This document shows, one piece after another, positions 45,517 through 54,579 of a stretch of 64,000 nucleotides of DNA. Source of the stretch: Lachnospiraceae bacterium UBA1759 (GTDB lineage Bacteria; Bacillota; Clostridia; Lachnospirales; Lachnospiraceae); the NCBI GenBank assembly GCA_002315555.1, contig DCHF01000030.1, positions 1,537 to 65,536 of the forward strand, in the 5' to 3' direction. Under the pieces are notes generated by a model. That model did not search any database, was not told the origin of the DNA, and saw only the letters and a program-made list of their open reading frames with translations. Each line of letters begins with the position of its first letter. Positions within the stretch are counted from its first letter, which is position 1. Both the position numbers and the translations under genes were made by a program.

Positions 45517-46479
45517 TCATTTTTCGTACTTATAGAAGCCTTCACCGGTGGACATGCCGAGCTTGCCTGCGTCGATGTACTCCTTCAGGATCTTTTCCAT
45601 TGCCTTGAAGTTGTACGGCATCATCATTTTCTTCAGCACCGGGCTTAAAAGTCCCGGCACCTTCTGGTACTGGGAGACAATATTGTATGCGGTGGTCAGG
45701 CCGACAGTATCGAAGATCTGGAAGGGACCCTTCGGAGCGCCGGTACCGTGCGTCCAGGCAATGTCGATGCTCTCCGGATCAGAGACGCCTGCCGCATACA
45801 GATCAAGACCTGAAAGCAGGAAGGGTACAAGCATGGAGTTCAGCAGATAGCCGTTTTTTTCCTTGCGGACCGGAAGTCCGATCATGCGGATCGCAGTGGC
45901 GAACTCCAGGAGCTCATTAAAGTACTTCTCTTCAGTCTTGTCCTGTGCCATGACCTCGGCGGTGTTGTTCTTCCAGATGGAATTTGCGAAGTGCAGGGAC
46001 AGATACTTTTCCGGACGGCCGGTGTATTTCGCAAACTGAGACGGAAGCAGGGTGGAGGAGTTCGTCACGAGGACGGTCTTCTCCGGCATCAGCGGAGCGA
46101 GCTTCGTGTAGAACGCGATCTTGTCATCGACATTCTCGGCCATGGACTCAATAATGAGGTCTGCGTCCTCGACGGCCTTTGCCATGTCGAGCTCAAGCTT
46201 GATGCTCGCATACGCGCGCTCGGTATTTGCGAGGCAAGCTTCCTTGTCGAACTGCTCGGAATCCGCGATACCTGCGCACCATGCATTTTCGTCGGCAGCC
46301 ATCTTCTCGATCTCCTCAATGTAAGTTGCCTTCAGCTTGTCGAGCTTCGGCTGTGTACGGCCGATCGAACCTTCGGATCTTAACCAAATCGTGACATCAA
46401 AACCACAGTATGCGGACTGGAATGCGATCTGGCTTCCGAGCACGCCGCCGCCTGCGACTACAACTTTCTTATAATTCAT
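45517..46479 (-). CDS. 3-hydroxyacyl-CoA (3-hydroxybutyryl-CoA) dehydrogenase family protein
   Basis: The start at 46479 (MNYKKVVVAGGGVLGSQIAFQ...) is preceded by GGGGAGGT. NAD fold plus a C-terminal dimerisation domain (GPFQIFDTVGL). Confidence 0.85.
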   Translation of the reverse strand: MNYKKVVVAGGGVLGSQIAFQSAYCGFDVTIWLRSEGSIGRTQPKLDKLKATYIEEIEKMAADENAWCAGIADSEQFDKEACLANTERAYASIKLELDMAKAVEDADLIIESMAENVDDKIAFYTKLAPLMPEKTVLVTNSSTLLPSQFAKYTGRPEKYLSLHFANSIWKNNTAEVMAQDKTEEKYFNELLEFATAIRMIGLPVRKEKNGYLLNSMLVPFLLSGLDLYAAGVSDPESIDIAWTHGTGAPKGPFQIFDTVGLTTAYNIVSQYQKVPGLLSPVLKKMMMPYNFKAMEKILKEYIDAGKLGMSTGEGFYKYEK

Positions 46480-46492
46480 GACGAACCTCCCC

Positions 46493-46521
46493 TTGACAAT
46501 GAAATGATACTGAAGTATCTT
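46493..46521 (+). promoter_or_regulatory. Candidate promoter of the TetR gene
   Basis: TTGACA (46493-46498), 17 nt, TATCTT (46516-46521). Confidence 0.4.
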
Positions 46522-46631
46522 TAATCGTGAAAAGTTTATCAATCGAAAGGCGCAATGTCAACGCCTTTCAGATAACGAAATGTGAAGTGATACGGAATGA
46601 CGAAAAAGTAACATTGTCAGGCGGGGCATCG

Positions 46632-47153
46632 ATGAGCAGAAGAAGTGAATCAACAGAATTTTTGAAGGAATGCATGGCGGACGCGCTGATCCTGCTGCTT
46701 CAGAAGAAGCCGCTCGAAAAGATCGGTGTCAATGAGATCGCGGAGACCGCCGGAGTCTCACGCGTCACCTACTTCAGACATTTTCAGAGCAAGGAGGAGG
46801 TCCTCGAGTACAAGCTGACCGTGCTCTGGCATCGGTTTGTCATTGAGCATCGGCTGAATCGCGCAGACCGCTACAACCCGGATAACGCAGAAGCGTTTTT
46901 CATTTTTAACGAAGAAAACCGTGAACTTCTGGAGCTCCTTTATGAGAACCAGTGCTCCCGCATCCTTCTGAATGTTTTTATTCGCGTTTTTTCCGGGACA
47001 GAGACTGCATCGGGCGCATCTGCGGGTCCGACAGGTTACGAGCGCGTATTCTACGAGTACGGTCTCTTTGGGATCCTGAACGAGTGGGTCCTGAACGGCT
47101 TTCGCGAAAAACCGGAGGAGATGGCAGCCATCTGCCTTCGGTTTATGGAATAA
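46632..47153 (+). CDS. TetR/AcrR-family transcriptional regulator
   Basis: From ATG 46632 the protein reads MSRRSESTEFLKECMADALILLLQKKPLEKIGVNEIAETAGVSRVTYFRHFQSKEEV, a TetR HTH. The track's upstream extension lacks homology or an RBS. Confidence 0.8.
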   Translation: MSRRSESTEFLKECMADALILLLQKKPLEKIGVNEIAETAGVSRVTYFRHFQSKEEVLEYKLTVLWHRFVIEHRLNRADRYNPDNAEAFFIFNEENRELLELLYENQCSRILLNVFIRVFSGTETASGASAGPTGYERVFYEYGLFGILNEWVLNGFREKPEEMAAICLRFME

Positions 47154-47183
47154 TACTCCCACGGCTGAAGCCGTGGGAGTATT
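47152..47183. terminator. Strong hairpin overlapping the TetR stop codon (no clear U-tract)
   Basis: AATACTCCCACGGC / TGAA loop / GCCGTGGGAGTATT, a 14-bp perfect stem. Confidence 0.5.
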
Positions 47184-47240
47184 GCTTCGATGACCACTGT
47201 AACGGTGTCCATTTCGCTTGATGAAAACGATTCCGGGCAA

Positions 47241-47288
47241 AAGAAAAAGCCTGCCGCGCGAAGGATTTCCCTTTCACACGGCAGGCTT
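47241..47288 (-). terminator. Intrinsic terminator of the LacI-family gene and maltodextrin operon
   Basis: AAGCCTGCCG (47247-47256) pairs with CGGCAGGCTT (47279-47288). On the minus strand it is followed by TTTCTTTT. Confidence 0.65.
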
Positions 47289-47293
47289 GCTGC

Positions 47294-48328
47294 TTATATA
47301 TTCAGATTCTTTACAGACTCATTCTCCTTGAATTCCGCAGCCAGTACAATAGACTTTTGCTGTCCCTCGCCTTCAATAGCGCGGATCAGCAGATCCAATG
47401 AGCTTTTCAGCATCTGCTCGGCAGGCTGTATTATGGTGGTAAGTCCCGGGTGCAGATATTCGCACATGCTTAAACCATCAAAACCCACAACGGATATGTC
47501 TTCCGGTATCCGAAGACCTCTCTCCTGAATGGCCTTGTATACACCCAGGGCCATGGTATCGGAAATTGCGAAGATCGCCGTACAATCCGGTCCGTTGTCC
47601 AGAAGGTCAGCCGCTGCCTCGTAACCACTCTTCGGTGTATAGGCTTCCTGGTTTTCCTTCAGGTAGCGCACCAGCTGAGGGTCAAACTCCAGGCCATTAT
47701 CTTCCAGAGCCTTTTTGTAACCGTTGACACGTAAGAAACCAACAGAAATGTCGGAGGCACGAGTCGGTATCAGGGCGATCCGCTTGTGCCCCATCTTGAT
47801 GAGATAGTCCACCATGCGGCGGGCTTCTCCTTCATCATCGATAGAAACCGCCAGCGCATGATCGGAACTGACATTCATGTTGATGGCTGCTGTACAAAGC
47901 ACATAAGGAACCTCCAGGGCTTCCAGCGCTTCATCCGTAGGTTGAGCCACGCCGCCAAGGAAAAGAATACCTTTCAGCTTCTGATCCTTAACCAGCTGTC
48001 TGGCCGCCTCCAGTTCATCTTCCTCTTCGCGAACCGCGTAGAGAACGGAGGAGTAACGATACTTTTTGATGGCTTCTTCATAATACTTTATAAAACTATT
48101 AAAGAAGGGATTATCGATACCCTTTACAAGAAGGGCAATGGTATTGGCCTCATTGCGCTTTAAATTTCGCGCACTGCCGTTGGGAGTGTAATTATACTCC
48201 TTCATTGTAGCCAGAATGCGCTCTTTTGTCTGTGCGTTAATACCCGGGTCATCGTTCATAGCCCTGGAAACGGTACTGACGCCAACATTACAGATTCTGG
48301 CGATATCCTTGATCGTTACTTTTTTCAA
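47294..48328 (-). CDS. LacI-family transcriptional regulator
   Basis: 344 aa. N-terminal HTH VTIKDIARICNVGVSTVSRAMND followed by a periplasmic-binding-protein-like sugar domain. Confidence 0.9.
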   Translation of the reverse strand: MKKVTIKDIARICNVGVSTVSRAMNDDPGINAQTKERILATMKEYNYTPNGSARNLKRNEANTIALLVKGIDNPFFNSFIKYYEEAIKKYRYSSVLYAVREEEDELEAARQLVKDQKLKGILFLGGVAQPTDEALEALEVPYVLCTAAINMNVSSDHALAVSIDDEGEARRMVDYLIKMGHKRIALIPTRASDISVGFLRVNGYKKALEDNGLEFDPQLVRYLKENQEAYTPKSGYEAAADLLDNGPDCTAIFAISDTMALGVYKAIQERGLRIPEDISVVGFDGLSMCEYLHPGLTTIIQPAEQMLKSSLDLLIRAIEGEGQQKSIVLAAEFKENESVKNLNI

Positions 48329-48357
48329 TCGTCTGCTCCTAACTTTATAATTAGTAA

Positions 48358-49854
48358 TTATTCATAAGCGCGTCCATAAAGAAGTGTGAGCTTTTTAAGC
48401 CTTTTCTTCAGTTCTTCGGAGAACATTTCTGCATCCGCTCTCCAAACCCAGTTTTCGCCCACAGTCGAAGGCTTATTGATCCGGGCTTTATTGTCCAGAT
48501 ACAGATAATCCTGAAGGGGAATGATGCAGGTATCGGCCGTTGAAGACTGAGCCAGACGGATCAGACGCTCTGCCAGTACCCGGTGATCTTCGGAAACGAT
48601 ACCAGTATACTCCTTTACCATATCAATTTCCATAGGCAGAATGCTGTTTAACCAGCCCATAATGGTCTCATTATCGTGAGTCCCTGTATAAACTACACAA
48701 TTCTTTGCATAATTATGCGGCAAATACTCAATAGGTCCGGAGGAATCTCTGGAGTCAAAGGCAAACTCCAGAACTTTCATATTGGGGAAACCGGAATCTC
48801 TTACCAGGGCACGCACGCTGTCTGTGATAAAGCCCAGATCCTCAGCGATGACATTTACCTGACCCAAACGCCAGTTGATGGTATTAAAGAGATCCATGCC
48901 GGGGCCCTTCTCCCAATGTCCGTTTACGGCTGTCTTGTCACCGAAGGGAATGGAATAGTACTCATCGAAACCACGGAAGTGGTCGATGCGCACCACATCG
49001 TAAAGCTCACGGCACTTCTCCATACGGCGGCACCACCAGTCGTAACCGGTCCACTGATGATGGCCCCAGTCGTAGAGGGGATTACCCCAAAGCTGGCCAT
49101 CAGCAGAGAAACCATCCGGCGGACAGCCTGCTACAGCCTTGGGTTCGCCATTCTCATCCAGTTGGAAAAGATCCGGATGTGACCATACATCTGAAGAATC
49201 CTCAGATACATAGATGGGTATATCGCCGATGATGCGGATCCCCTTTTTATTGGCGTAGGCCTTCAGCTTATTCCACTGCTTGTAGAACTCATACTGAAGA
49301 TACTCATAGAATTCCTTTTCATAGTACAGCTTACGTCCATAATAATCCAAAGCATATTGGTATCTTCTGCGGATATCTTCCGGCCATTCCCGGAAACTGA
49401 CACCATCAAAATAATCCTTCAATGCCATGAACAAAGCATAGTCATGGATCCAGTATTCATTTTCCTTACAGAAAGCTTTGAAGTCCGGATCTTCGTAGAC
49501 TTTGGCTCTTTCATAGGCCTTTTTCAGCAGTTTATAGCGGCCCAGATACAGTTTCTCATAATCGATACGACATGGATCATTACCGAAATCTACCGCATCG
49601 CACTCTTTTTTTGTCAAGAGTCCTTCCTTCACCAACTGTTTTAAGTCGATAAAGTAGGGATTTCCGGCAAAGGTGGAGAAGGACTGATAAGGAGAGTCGC
49701 CGTAACTCGTGGGACCTATGGGCAGGATCTGCCAATAGGTCTGACGAGCCTCGCTTAAACAATCAATAAACTTGTATGCTTCCTCTGACATGCTGCCGAT
49801 ACCGTAATCACCGGGCAGGCTGAAAACAGGAAGCAGTATACCACTCGCTCTCAT
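48358..49854 (-). CDS. malQ: 4-alpha-glucanotransferase (amylomaltase, GH77)
   Basis: 498 aa. GILLPVFSLPGDYGIGS, WQILPIGPT..DSPYQS, VRIDHFRGF, IAEDLG and YTGTHDN blocks. Confidence 0.92.
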   Translation of the reverse strand: MRASGILLPVFSLPGDYGIGSMSEEAYKFIDCLSEARQTYWQILPIGPTSYGDSPYQSFSTFAGNPYFIDLKQLVKEGLLTKKECDAVDFGNDPCRIDYEKLYLGRYKLLKKAYERAKVYEDPDFKAFCKENEYWIHDYALFMALKDYFDGVSFREWPEDIRRRYQYALDYYGRKLYYEKEFYEYLQYEFYKQWNKLKAYANKKGIRIIGDIPIYVSEDSSDVWSHPDLFQLDENGEPKAVAGCPPDGFSADGQLWGNPLYDWGHHQWTGYDWWCRRMEKCRELYDVVRIDHFRGFDEYYSIPFGDKTAVNGHWEKGPGMDLFNTINWRLGQVNVIAEDLGFITDSVRALVRDSGFPNMKVLEFAFDSRDSSGPIEYLPHNYAKNCVVYTGTHDNETIMGWLNSILPMEIDMVKEYTGIVSEDHRVLAERLIRLAQSSTADTCIIPLQDYLYLDNKARINKPSTVGENWVWRADAEMFSEELKKRLKKLTLLYGRAYE

Positions 49855-49856
49855 AA

Positions 49857-50729
49857 TTAACCCTTAACCGCACCTGCGGCAACACCCTTGATGATGTGCT
49901 TCTGGCAAAGCAGATAGAAGACAATAACAGGGATGATACCCAGCGTGATCAGTGCCATGATCGCACCCAGGTCGATGGTACCGTAAGAACCCTGCAGGAA
50001 CTGAATATGGATCGGAATAGTCATATATTCGGTTCTGTCCAATGTCAGATAGGGAAGAAGATAGTCGTTCCAGATCCACATAACTTCCAGAATACCTACA
50101 GAAATAAGGGTAGGCTTCATCAGCGGGATGATGATGGTGAAGAAGGTGCGGATAGGACCGCAGCCATCGATAGCGGCAGCTTCTTCCATCTCCAGCGGAA
50201 GGTCCTTGACGAAACCGGTGAACATGAATACCGCCATACCGGCACCGAAACCTAAGTAAACGATGGGAATGGTCAGCGGCGTATTCAGATGCAGTGTATC
50301 GGCTGTCTTTGCCAGTGTGAACATCAGCATCTGGAAAGGCACGATCATAGAGAATACAAACAGATAGTAACAAATGCGGCAAAGTAAATTGTCAACGCGG
50401 GCAATGTACCATGCAGACATAGAGGTACATAAAAGAATCAGTGCAGTAGAAAGAATCGTGATAACCACACTGTTCAGAATAGACATCAGGAAGGGATAGT
50501 TACCAAAGGTAAACCCCTTAATATAGTTCGCCATACCGGCAAAGCTTTCGCCTGCGGGAAGTGCGAAGGTTTGTGTCTTAACAAAAGTGTTCACCTTGAA
50601 GGAGTTCATGAACACAATAAAGATAGGTGCAATGTAGAGAATAGTGAAAACAGTAAAAAGCACTGTTACGACCAGGCTAAGGGTGGACGGTTTTTCACGA
50701 AGATCAGACCGAGTATTTTTCTTTGCCAT
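49857..50729 (-). CDS. Carbohydrate ABC transporter permease (MalG-like)
   Basis: 290 aa, 6 TM, with the EAA loop EEAAAIDGCGPIRTFFTIIIP. Confidence 0.9.
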   Translation of the reverse strand: MAKKNTRSDLREKPSTLSLVVTVLFTVFTILYIAPIFIVFMNSFKVNTFVKTQTFALPAGESFAGMANYIKGFTFGNYPFLMSILNSVVITILSTALILLCTSMSAWYIARVDNLLCRICYYLFVFSMIVPFQMLMFTLAKTADTLHLNTPLTIPIVYLGFGAGMAVFMFTGFVKDLPLEMEEAAAIDGCGPIRTFFTIIIPLMKPTLISVGILEVMWIWNDYLLPYLTLDRTEYMTIPIHIQFLQGSYGTIDLGAIMALITLGIIPVIVFYLLCQKHIIKGVAAGAVKG

Positions 50730-51640
50730 TACTGCTGTACCTCCTTAGATCTGGTCATACGAAGCTGGATCAGAGAGATCGCTGCTACGAGGATGAAGAA
50801 AAGAACTGCCTTGGACTGAGCTACACCACGGGCTGCGGTATTCTGACCGTAGAAGGTGTTGAAGATGTTCAGAGCCAGCATTTCAGTGGTCTTGATCTGT
50901 TCAGTACCCTGCCATACAAAGGGCTGGCCGGCTGTCAGAGCCAGGTTCTGGTCGAAGAGCTTGAAGCCGTTTGTCAGTGTCAGGAATGTACAGATCGTGA
51001 TGGAAGGCATCATATTGGGGATGGTTATGTGGATCAAGGTCTTAAACTTATTGGCACCATCGATCTTAGCAGCCTCCATCATATCTTCAGGAATTGCCTG
51101 GAAACCGGCGATGTAGATGATCATCATGTAACCGATCTGCTGCCAGAGCATAACGATCATCAGGCCCCAGAAACCGTATTCTGTTTTCATCAGGATGGAA
51201 GTATTGTAACGGCTCAGGAAACCATCAAAAATCATACTCCAGATATAACCCAGAACGATACCACCGATCAGGTTAGGCATAAAGAAAGCCGTACGGAAAA
51301 GGTTGGCACCGCGGATACCGGAGGTTAATGCATAGGCTACCAGGAAAGCCAGCACATTGATCAGAACTATTGAAGTAACCGCAAATAATGCTGTATACCA
51401 GAAAGCGTGCAGGAACGTAGGATCCTTGATCGCGCTGATATAGTTGTCGAAACCGATAAAGGTTGCATTACTGGTGGTTGTGAAAGAACAGAAAGACAGG
51501 TAAATACCCTTTGCAAAGGGATAAGCAAATCCGATCATAAATGCTGCCAGTGTAGGAAGCAGAAAGAGCGGAAAACATCTGGCGATAGGCCGGCGGATCA
51601 GATCGGATGTCTGCGCTGATGCAGATTTCTTTTTAGCCAT
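50729..51640 (-). CDS. Carbohydrate ABC transporter permease (MalF-like)
   Basis: 303 aa, 6 TM, with the EAA loop MEAAKIDGANKFKTLIHITIP. 1-nt overlap with the downstream permease. Confidence 0.9.
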   Translation of the reverse strand: MAKKKSASAQTSDLIRRPIARCFPLFLLPTLAAFMIGFAYPFAKGIYLSFCSFTTTSNATFIGFDNYISAIKDPTFLHAFWYTALFAVTSIVLINVLAFLVAYALTSGIRGANLFRTAFFMPNLIGGIVLGYIWSMIFDGFLSRYNTSILMKTEYGFWGLMIVMLWQQIGYMMIIYIAGFQAIPEDMMEAAKIDGANKFKTLIHITIPNMMPSITICTFLTLTNGFKLFDQNLALTAGQPFVWQGTEQIKTTEMLALNIFNTFYGQNTAARGVAQSKAVLFFILVAAISLIQLRMTRSKEVQQ

Positions 51641-51713
51641 AGCATAAACTCCTTATTGACAAAGCGAGGCGGGCAGTCACTTGCTGCCCGCCTTACCAAA
51701 AGCCTCAGTAAAA

Positions 51714-52991
51714 TTATTTACCGTAAGCTGCCTGATACTGGTTAGCCCAACCCTGAACGAAAGCGGTTTCAACTTCTGACCAGTCTCCGCCGGCATCATA
51801 CTGGTTCATAGCAGCTACAAGACCTGCTCTCCAATCATCAACGTTGGGAGTGTAGTTGAATGCCCAGTCAACATTGTAGTTGCCTGCTGCAAGAAGTTCG
51901 TTAGCGTTAGCCAGGAATACGTTAGAAGAAGCAGCAGCCTTCTTGTAGGGAACAGCACCAAACTGTTCAGCCATCATCTTTGTACCTGCTTCAGAAGTAA
52001 CAAGCCAGTACATGAAGTCAAGAGTTGCCTTCTGATCTGCTTCAGAAGCCTTAGCATTTACAGCCCAGCAGTTTTCTGTACCTGAGCACAGACCAGCCTT
52101 TTCTTCGCCTTCAACGCCGCAGTAGATCGGGATCATCTGCATTTCGTCATCAGCCCAGCTTTCAGACAGTGCAGCATATTCCCATGTACCGTTCTGGTAG
52201 AATACAGCGTCGCCGTTCTTGAATTCAGCTTCTGCATCGTAACCGCCGGTAGCCAGAGTGTTGATATCATATGCAGAGTTGTTTACATACAGATCCCAGA
52301 TATTCTTGTAGTTTTCAAGATAAGCACCGGTAAGCTCTGCGGGGCATTCTGTCCACTTATCATCTCTCATTTCATAGAAAAGAGGCATATTTGCCAGATG
52401 GCCGGAGAATCTCCATGAAGAAGAACCATCCATACCTGAAGAAGTGAATGCATCAAAGCCAAGTTCAGCAGCACGTGCATGAATGTCTTCAACGATCGTC
52501 TTCAGAGAAGCGAAATCCTTAATGTCGGTGATTTCGTAACCAGCTTCCTTCAGAAGCTTCTTGTTTACGATGATACCGTAAGATTCGTAGCAGTAGCCGA
52601 TAGAAGCTGCCTTGCCGTTTGCATCATACAGTGTGAATGAATCTGTGGTCAGTTCCTTGTAAACGTCTGTGTCCTTCAGATCCAGGCAGTAGTCACCCCA
52701 GGTACCAACAGCTGCTGAGTTACCAACAACGAACATAGTAGGTGCAGCGGACTTATCCATCTCTGCTGTCAGTGTAGATTCATAGTTACCGGAAGCTGCA
52801 GTAACAACCTTTACAGAAACGCCTGTTTCTTCGGTGTACTTCTTAGCGATCTCCTGAAGAGCTGCATCAGCTTCAGGCTTGAAATTGAGCCAGTATACAG
52901 AACCGGTTTTTGACTTAGTTGATGCACCGCAGCCAGCCAAGAGGCTCAGGCACATTACCATACAAAGTACAGCACATAATAACTTTTTCAT
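51714..52991 (-). CDS. Extracellular solute-binding lipoprotein (family 1), likely maltodextrin/oligosaccharide-binding
   Basis: 425 aa. Signal peptide with lipobox LLAGCG and an aromatic-rich SBP fold. Assigned with context from malQ. Confidence 0.88.
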   Translation of the reverse strand: MKKLLCAVLCMVMCLSLLAGCGASTKSKTGSVYWLNFKPEADAALQEIAKKYTEETGVSVKVVTAASGNYESTLTAEMDKSAAPTMFVVGNSAAVGTWGDYCLDLKDTDVYKELTTDSFTLYDANGKAASIGYCYESYGIIVNKKLLKEAGYEITDIKDFASLKTIVEDIHARAAELGFDAFTSSGMDGSSSWRFSGHLANMPLFYEMRDDKWTECPAELTGAYLENYKNIWDLYVNNSAYDINTLATGGYDAEAEFKNGDAVFYQNGTWEYAALSESWADDEMQMIPIYCGVEGEEKAGLCSGTENCWAVNAKASEADQKATLDFMYWLVTSEAGTKMMAEQFGAVPYKKAAASSNVFLANANELLAAGNYNVDWAFNYTPNVDDWRAGLVAAMNQYDAGGDWSEVETAFVQGWANQYQAAYGK

Positions 52992-53097
52992 CTTGATCTC
53001 CCTCTTTCATTACATGAAATAATAAGTTAGCGGCCCGGTATATCCGACACCCTGCGACGTGCACCTTCGGAGGAATGGCCGGGATTGCCGGTATCGT

Positions 53098-53117
53098 TAC
53101 CGGCAACGTTACCGGTA
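53098..53117. promoter_or_regulatory. 20-bp near-perfect palindrome, candidate LacI-family operator
   Basis: TACCGGCAACGTTACCGGTA differs from its reverse complement at one symmetric position pair only and has a central AACGTT. It lies downstream of the candidate promoter and upstream of the SBP gene. Confidence 0.45.
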
Positions 53118-53132
53118 TCGTTTCCGATTTCC

Positions 53133-53161
53133 TTTATACAACAATATTTCACAAAAAGCAA
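53133..53161 (-). promoter_or_regulatory. Candidate promoter of the maltodextrin operon
   Basis: On the minus strand: TTGCTT (53161-53156), 17 nt, TATAAA (53138-53133). Confidence 0.35.
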
Positions 53162-53246
53162 GAGGGATTTCTAAAAATTTTTGAAAATATTAACAGAATG
53201 CATATAAGGAAAAAAAACAATAATTCAATGACACAAAATTCTGTAT

Positions 53247-53513
53247 CTAGAAGCTTTTTCCTTGTCTCGGACCACAAAGAGCCGCCGCTTCGGGATCCAC
53301 GATCCAGTGGTCACCATCGTGCTCATCCTTCAGATATCCATAGGGGCAGCTGCTGGCAACGTGTTTGCCGGAGTTACCCTTGGCCTTGAAGGTCGACTTG
53401 ATCTTCTTGCTTGTATCTCCGGCATACCATTCGTTCATGATATTACGGAAGGGAGTGAGATCATCGTCATCATGGCTTAGACGCTCATACAGAGCAGTAA
53501 TTCTTTCTCTCAC
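53247..53513 (-). pseudogene. Remnant of a large serine recombinase gene (internally deleted and 3'-truncated)
   Basis: The 88-aa ORF joins ITALYERLSHDDD (the catalytic-Ser region Y-x-R-L-S-x-DD) directly to DLTPFRNIMNEWYAGDTSKKIKSTFKAKGNSGKHV..PYGYLKDEHDGDHWIVDPEAAA. The second block normally lies about 100 aa further on in these recombinases. The ORF then ends after 10 unrelated residues. Confidence 0.7.
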
Positions 53514-53542
53514 TGTGATTTCCTCCTTTCTCCGTATGAAAA

Positions 53543-53593
53543 AAGCTCTAAGCGTACTTCAGTAACAAGGTACTAAATGTACTCTTAGAGCTT
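53543..53593 (-). terminator. Intrinsic terminator of the acetamidase operon
   Basis: AAGCTCTAAGCGTAC (53543-53557) pairs with GTACTCTTAGAGCTT (53579-53593). 15-bp stem with one mismatch, followed on the minus strand by T6. Confidence 0.65.
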
Positions 53594-53618
53594 ATAACTC
53601 CTTTAACGAATTCATATT

Positions 53619-54521
53619 TCACTCTAACAATCCCGGAACTCCCTGCTCGTGCGGAAATCCGACACGGAACGTCGGCCCCTGGTATTCGGTTGCTTTAACC
53701 CCCAGAACCGCCTGATTTGCCCGGACGATGCCACGCAGCGAAATGTAGAGAGAGGCGTCAGTATTGTCCCAGCCGCGCAGACGGCAGAGCAGTCGCTGGA
53801 GCTCCTTATAGCCACGTTCAATGGCCTGGTCGGTCGTGAAACCGTTGGTATTGACGAACCAGCCGGAGTCATCACGGGTCACGGGCCAATGGATATCTGC
53901 GTTTTTGATCACTCGTACGCGCACGGTGACCACACCTGCGATCTCTATGCCTGTTCCCGCGATCTCACCCTCACCCATGGAGGCATGAAGGTCGCCCATT
54001 GCAAGCAGACCACCTTTTACGCGTACAGGAAGGTAAACGGTGGTGCCTTTGATGATACACGGATTGTCCATGTTTCCGCCGCCGTTGAAAGAATCCTCGG
54101 TGGAGATCTCTCCTTCAGCGGGGGCGGTTCCGATGACGCCGATCATCGGCTTCACTGCCCAGGTCAAGTCCCGGAATCGGGCGATACCGTTTTCCACGGG
54201 GATCACCCGCGTGCGCAGTTCCACGGAATCCCAAAGGATGCCGCAGTTTTGGACGGTACATACAACGCCTTGATCGGCAGTCTCGATGTCCAGGATGTCC
54301 ACGGCCAGGGCATCGCCCGGCTCAGCACCTTCCACGTAAAGGGGACCGGTGGCCGGGTTACCGGAAATATCGCCGGTGGCGACCAGGTCCTGTTCCGTCC
54401 CGATCGCTCCGAAGAAGCAGTCTTCGGTGACAAAACGGACGGTTTCGCCCGGCATACAGTATGCAGCGGGGGCCATTGTTGCTGAAAATGCGGTGATCAT
54501 TTGATTGCTGATTGTTAACAT
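53619..54521 (-). CDS. Acetamidase/formamidase family protein
   Basis: The start at 54521 (MLTISNQ...) is preceded by GGAGG with 5-nt spacing. GPLYVEGAEPGD, GGNMD and GDLHASMGEGE blocks are typical of FmdA/AmdA-type amidases. Confidence 0.82.
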   Translation of the reverse strand: MLTISNQMITAFSATMAPAAYCMPGETVRFVTEDCFFGAIGTEQDLVATGDISGNPATGPLYVEGAEPGDALAVDILDIETADQGVVCTVQNCGILWDSVELRTRVIPVENGIARFRDLTWAVKPMIGVIGTAPAEGEISTEDSFNGGGNMDNPCIIKGTTVYLPVRVKGGLLAMGDLHASMGEGEIAGTGIEIAGVVTVRVRVIKNADIHWPVTRDDSGWFVNTNGFTTDQAIERGYKELQRLLCRLRGWDNTDASLYISLRGIVRANQAVLGVKATEYQGPTFRVGFPHEQGVPGLLE

Positions 54522-54579
54522 GGGAACCTCCATTACGATTCTTACAACCATAGTTTATCCCGCTACGGCGCTCTTTCGA

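Noticed and set aside
53543-53593. A 15-bp inverted repeat next to the recombinase remnant, considered as a possible att or recombination site.
   Set aside because: On the minus strand it is followed by T6 and sits 26 nt after the acetamidase stop. An ordinary intrinsic terminator explains it fully.
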